Below are positions 62,915-64,000 of a stretch of 64,000 nt of DNA, one piece after another. Below the pieces are notes generated by a model. That model did no database searches. It was given only the letters and a program-made list of their open reading frames with translations, and had not been told where the DNA came from. How positions within the stretch are numbered: the first letter of the stretch is position 1; every line of letters starts with the position of its first letter. The DNA lies in assembly GCA_965222075.1 (NCBI GenBank), contig OZ244937.1:3616001-3680000 (forward strand). The letters are read 5' to 3'. This DNA comes from Candidatus Latescibacterota bacterium. Its GTDB lineage: Bacteria; Latescibacterota; UBA2968; GCA-2709665. Both the position numbers and the translations under genes were made by a program.

Positions 62915-63143
62915 GCACTTTGAAACACCTGCTCCAGGCAAATTAAGAAAGAATATCCTGAGCGACAGAAGGTTCGGTACTTCGTCTGTCAGGTCTCAAT
63001 TTCCATACGCCAATATAGATCCTCTGAAACCATAAATCAAGCGCTTATTTCACGGCAAAGATAATGGCTTACATGAGTTTTTGACGCCGGGGAGACCGTA
63101 CGGCGGTGAAGTTTGCGCCCGGCAAGCCGCTGCAGGGCGTGTC

Positions 63144-63341
63144 TTAAGGGTAGAGCCTTTTGGGGCCCCGGTATATGTAGGTGACTTCCCGGACGTTGCC
63201 GATTCCCAACAGGAGCATCAGCATCCGGGTGAGGTCGCCCTGTTTTTGAGGTGTGTATTCCTGCCGGGCGAGGATCTCAACGGCTTCCGCCAGGGGGACC
63301 CTGGGAAAGGGGATTTCGGGAATTTCGACGGTGACGTGAGA
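63144..63341 (-). pseudogene. Remnant of an archaeal-type/non-discriminating aspartyl-tRNA synthetase with an internal deletion
   Basis: VEIPEIPFPRVPLAEAVEIL...KQGDL fused directly to the C-terminal LTRMLMLLLGIGNVREVTYIYRGPKRLYP*. Confidence 0.7.
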
Positions 63342-63477
63342 CGTCCAGGCAGACGGGTGGCGTGAGAGATTTCGGAGAGGTTGTGATGCGGTAGATAGGA
63401 CAACCGATGGTCATTGTTTTGTTCTCCAAATTCAGTTCATCACGAAATGCGATCAGGTCCGACATTTTTGGTTGGTT

Positions 63478-64000
63478 TTACCTTTCACCTTTTCTGCCGC
63501 CGAAGACGGCGAGTTCGAAGATTTTGAAATAACAGTCTACATCCTGAAATCCGATCCGCCGCAGCCAATCGCATTGTACTTCTACGGGGGCCAGGATGTT
63601 GGCCTGTTTATCCTCCCGGTGATAATATTCCGCGGCCAGTTCGTCCCGGGTTCGGGCGCCGCCCTGTGTTTGTTCGAGTTCGTAGAGGTTGTCTATAAAG
63701 TGGGTTTCAAAAAGGGATTCAACCCAGGCGGTGGCCGGCGCTACGTGTTCGATGTTGATAAAGATGCCGCCCGGGTTCAGAAGGTTGTGGATTTCTTTGT
63801 AGAATTCCTGTTTGCGTGCGTCGGGTTGATGGTGGATTGCATAACCGGATACGGCAGTATCAAAGGGGGCGTGTTTTTTTATAAATTCGACCCAGGCCGG
63901 ATCGGCGAAGTCGGCGTGGATAAAATGCAGGTTGCCCGCGTACGGTTTCAGGTGATCCCGAGCCGCATTCAGCATCGGTTCGGAGAAATCTATGAGTATA
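63478..64000 (-). CDS. Class I SAM-dependent methyltransferase; 5' end outside the window
   Basis: IDFSEPML, FDTAVSGYAIHH, LLNPGGIF, GFQDVDC. Confidence 0.88.
   Translation of the reverse strand, partial: ILIDFSEPMLNAARDHLKPYAGNLHFIHADFADPAWVEFIKKHAPFDTAVSGYAIHHQPDARKQEFYKEIHNLLNPGGIFINIEHVAPATAWVESLFETHFIDNLYELEQTQGGARTRDELAAEYYHREDKQANILAPVEVQCDWLRRIGFQDVDCYFKIFELAVFGGRKGER

Overview
GC-rich bacterial window with no rRNA, tRNA or CRISPR array visible. Housekeeping and catabolic blocks (penicillin acylase-like, rhamnonate dehydratase-like enolase, pyrB, cutA, proS, thiC with TPP riboswitch, several hydrolases) alternate with accessory DNA. The accessory DNA comprises a TonB receptor/polyamine-type ABC/PhyH nutrient block (9.6-18.3 kb), a Type I restriction-modification island with two complete IS elements, IS remnants and many gene remnants (18.3-33.4 kb), and a 12-kb co-oriented cluster joining a partner-switching cascade and histidine kinase to a CP-ATP-grasp/alpha-E/transglutaminase module with an ammonium transporter inside it (50.7-62.8 kb). 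Main observations: (1) an M20 amidohydrolase has an in-frame TGA exactly at the metal-ligand Cys codon (GHG*GHN), a candidate selenoprotein; (2) three copies of a 25-27 bp hairpin element are inserted, without target duplication and always after RCCSA, in two unrelated transposase genes; (3) the amt-containing peptide-ligase/signalling cluster; (4) a highly structured ~350 bp non-coding element flanked by 24-bp direct repeats; (5) a pyrL-like leader-peptide attenuator before pyrB. All family calls come from motif recognition by eye; no database search was run.
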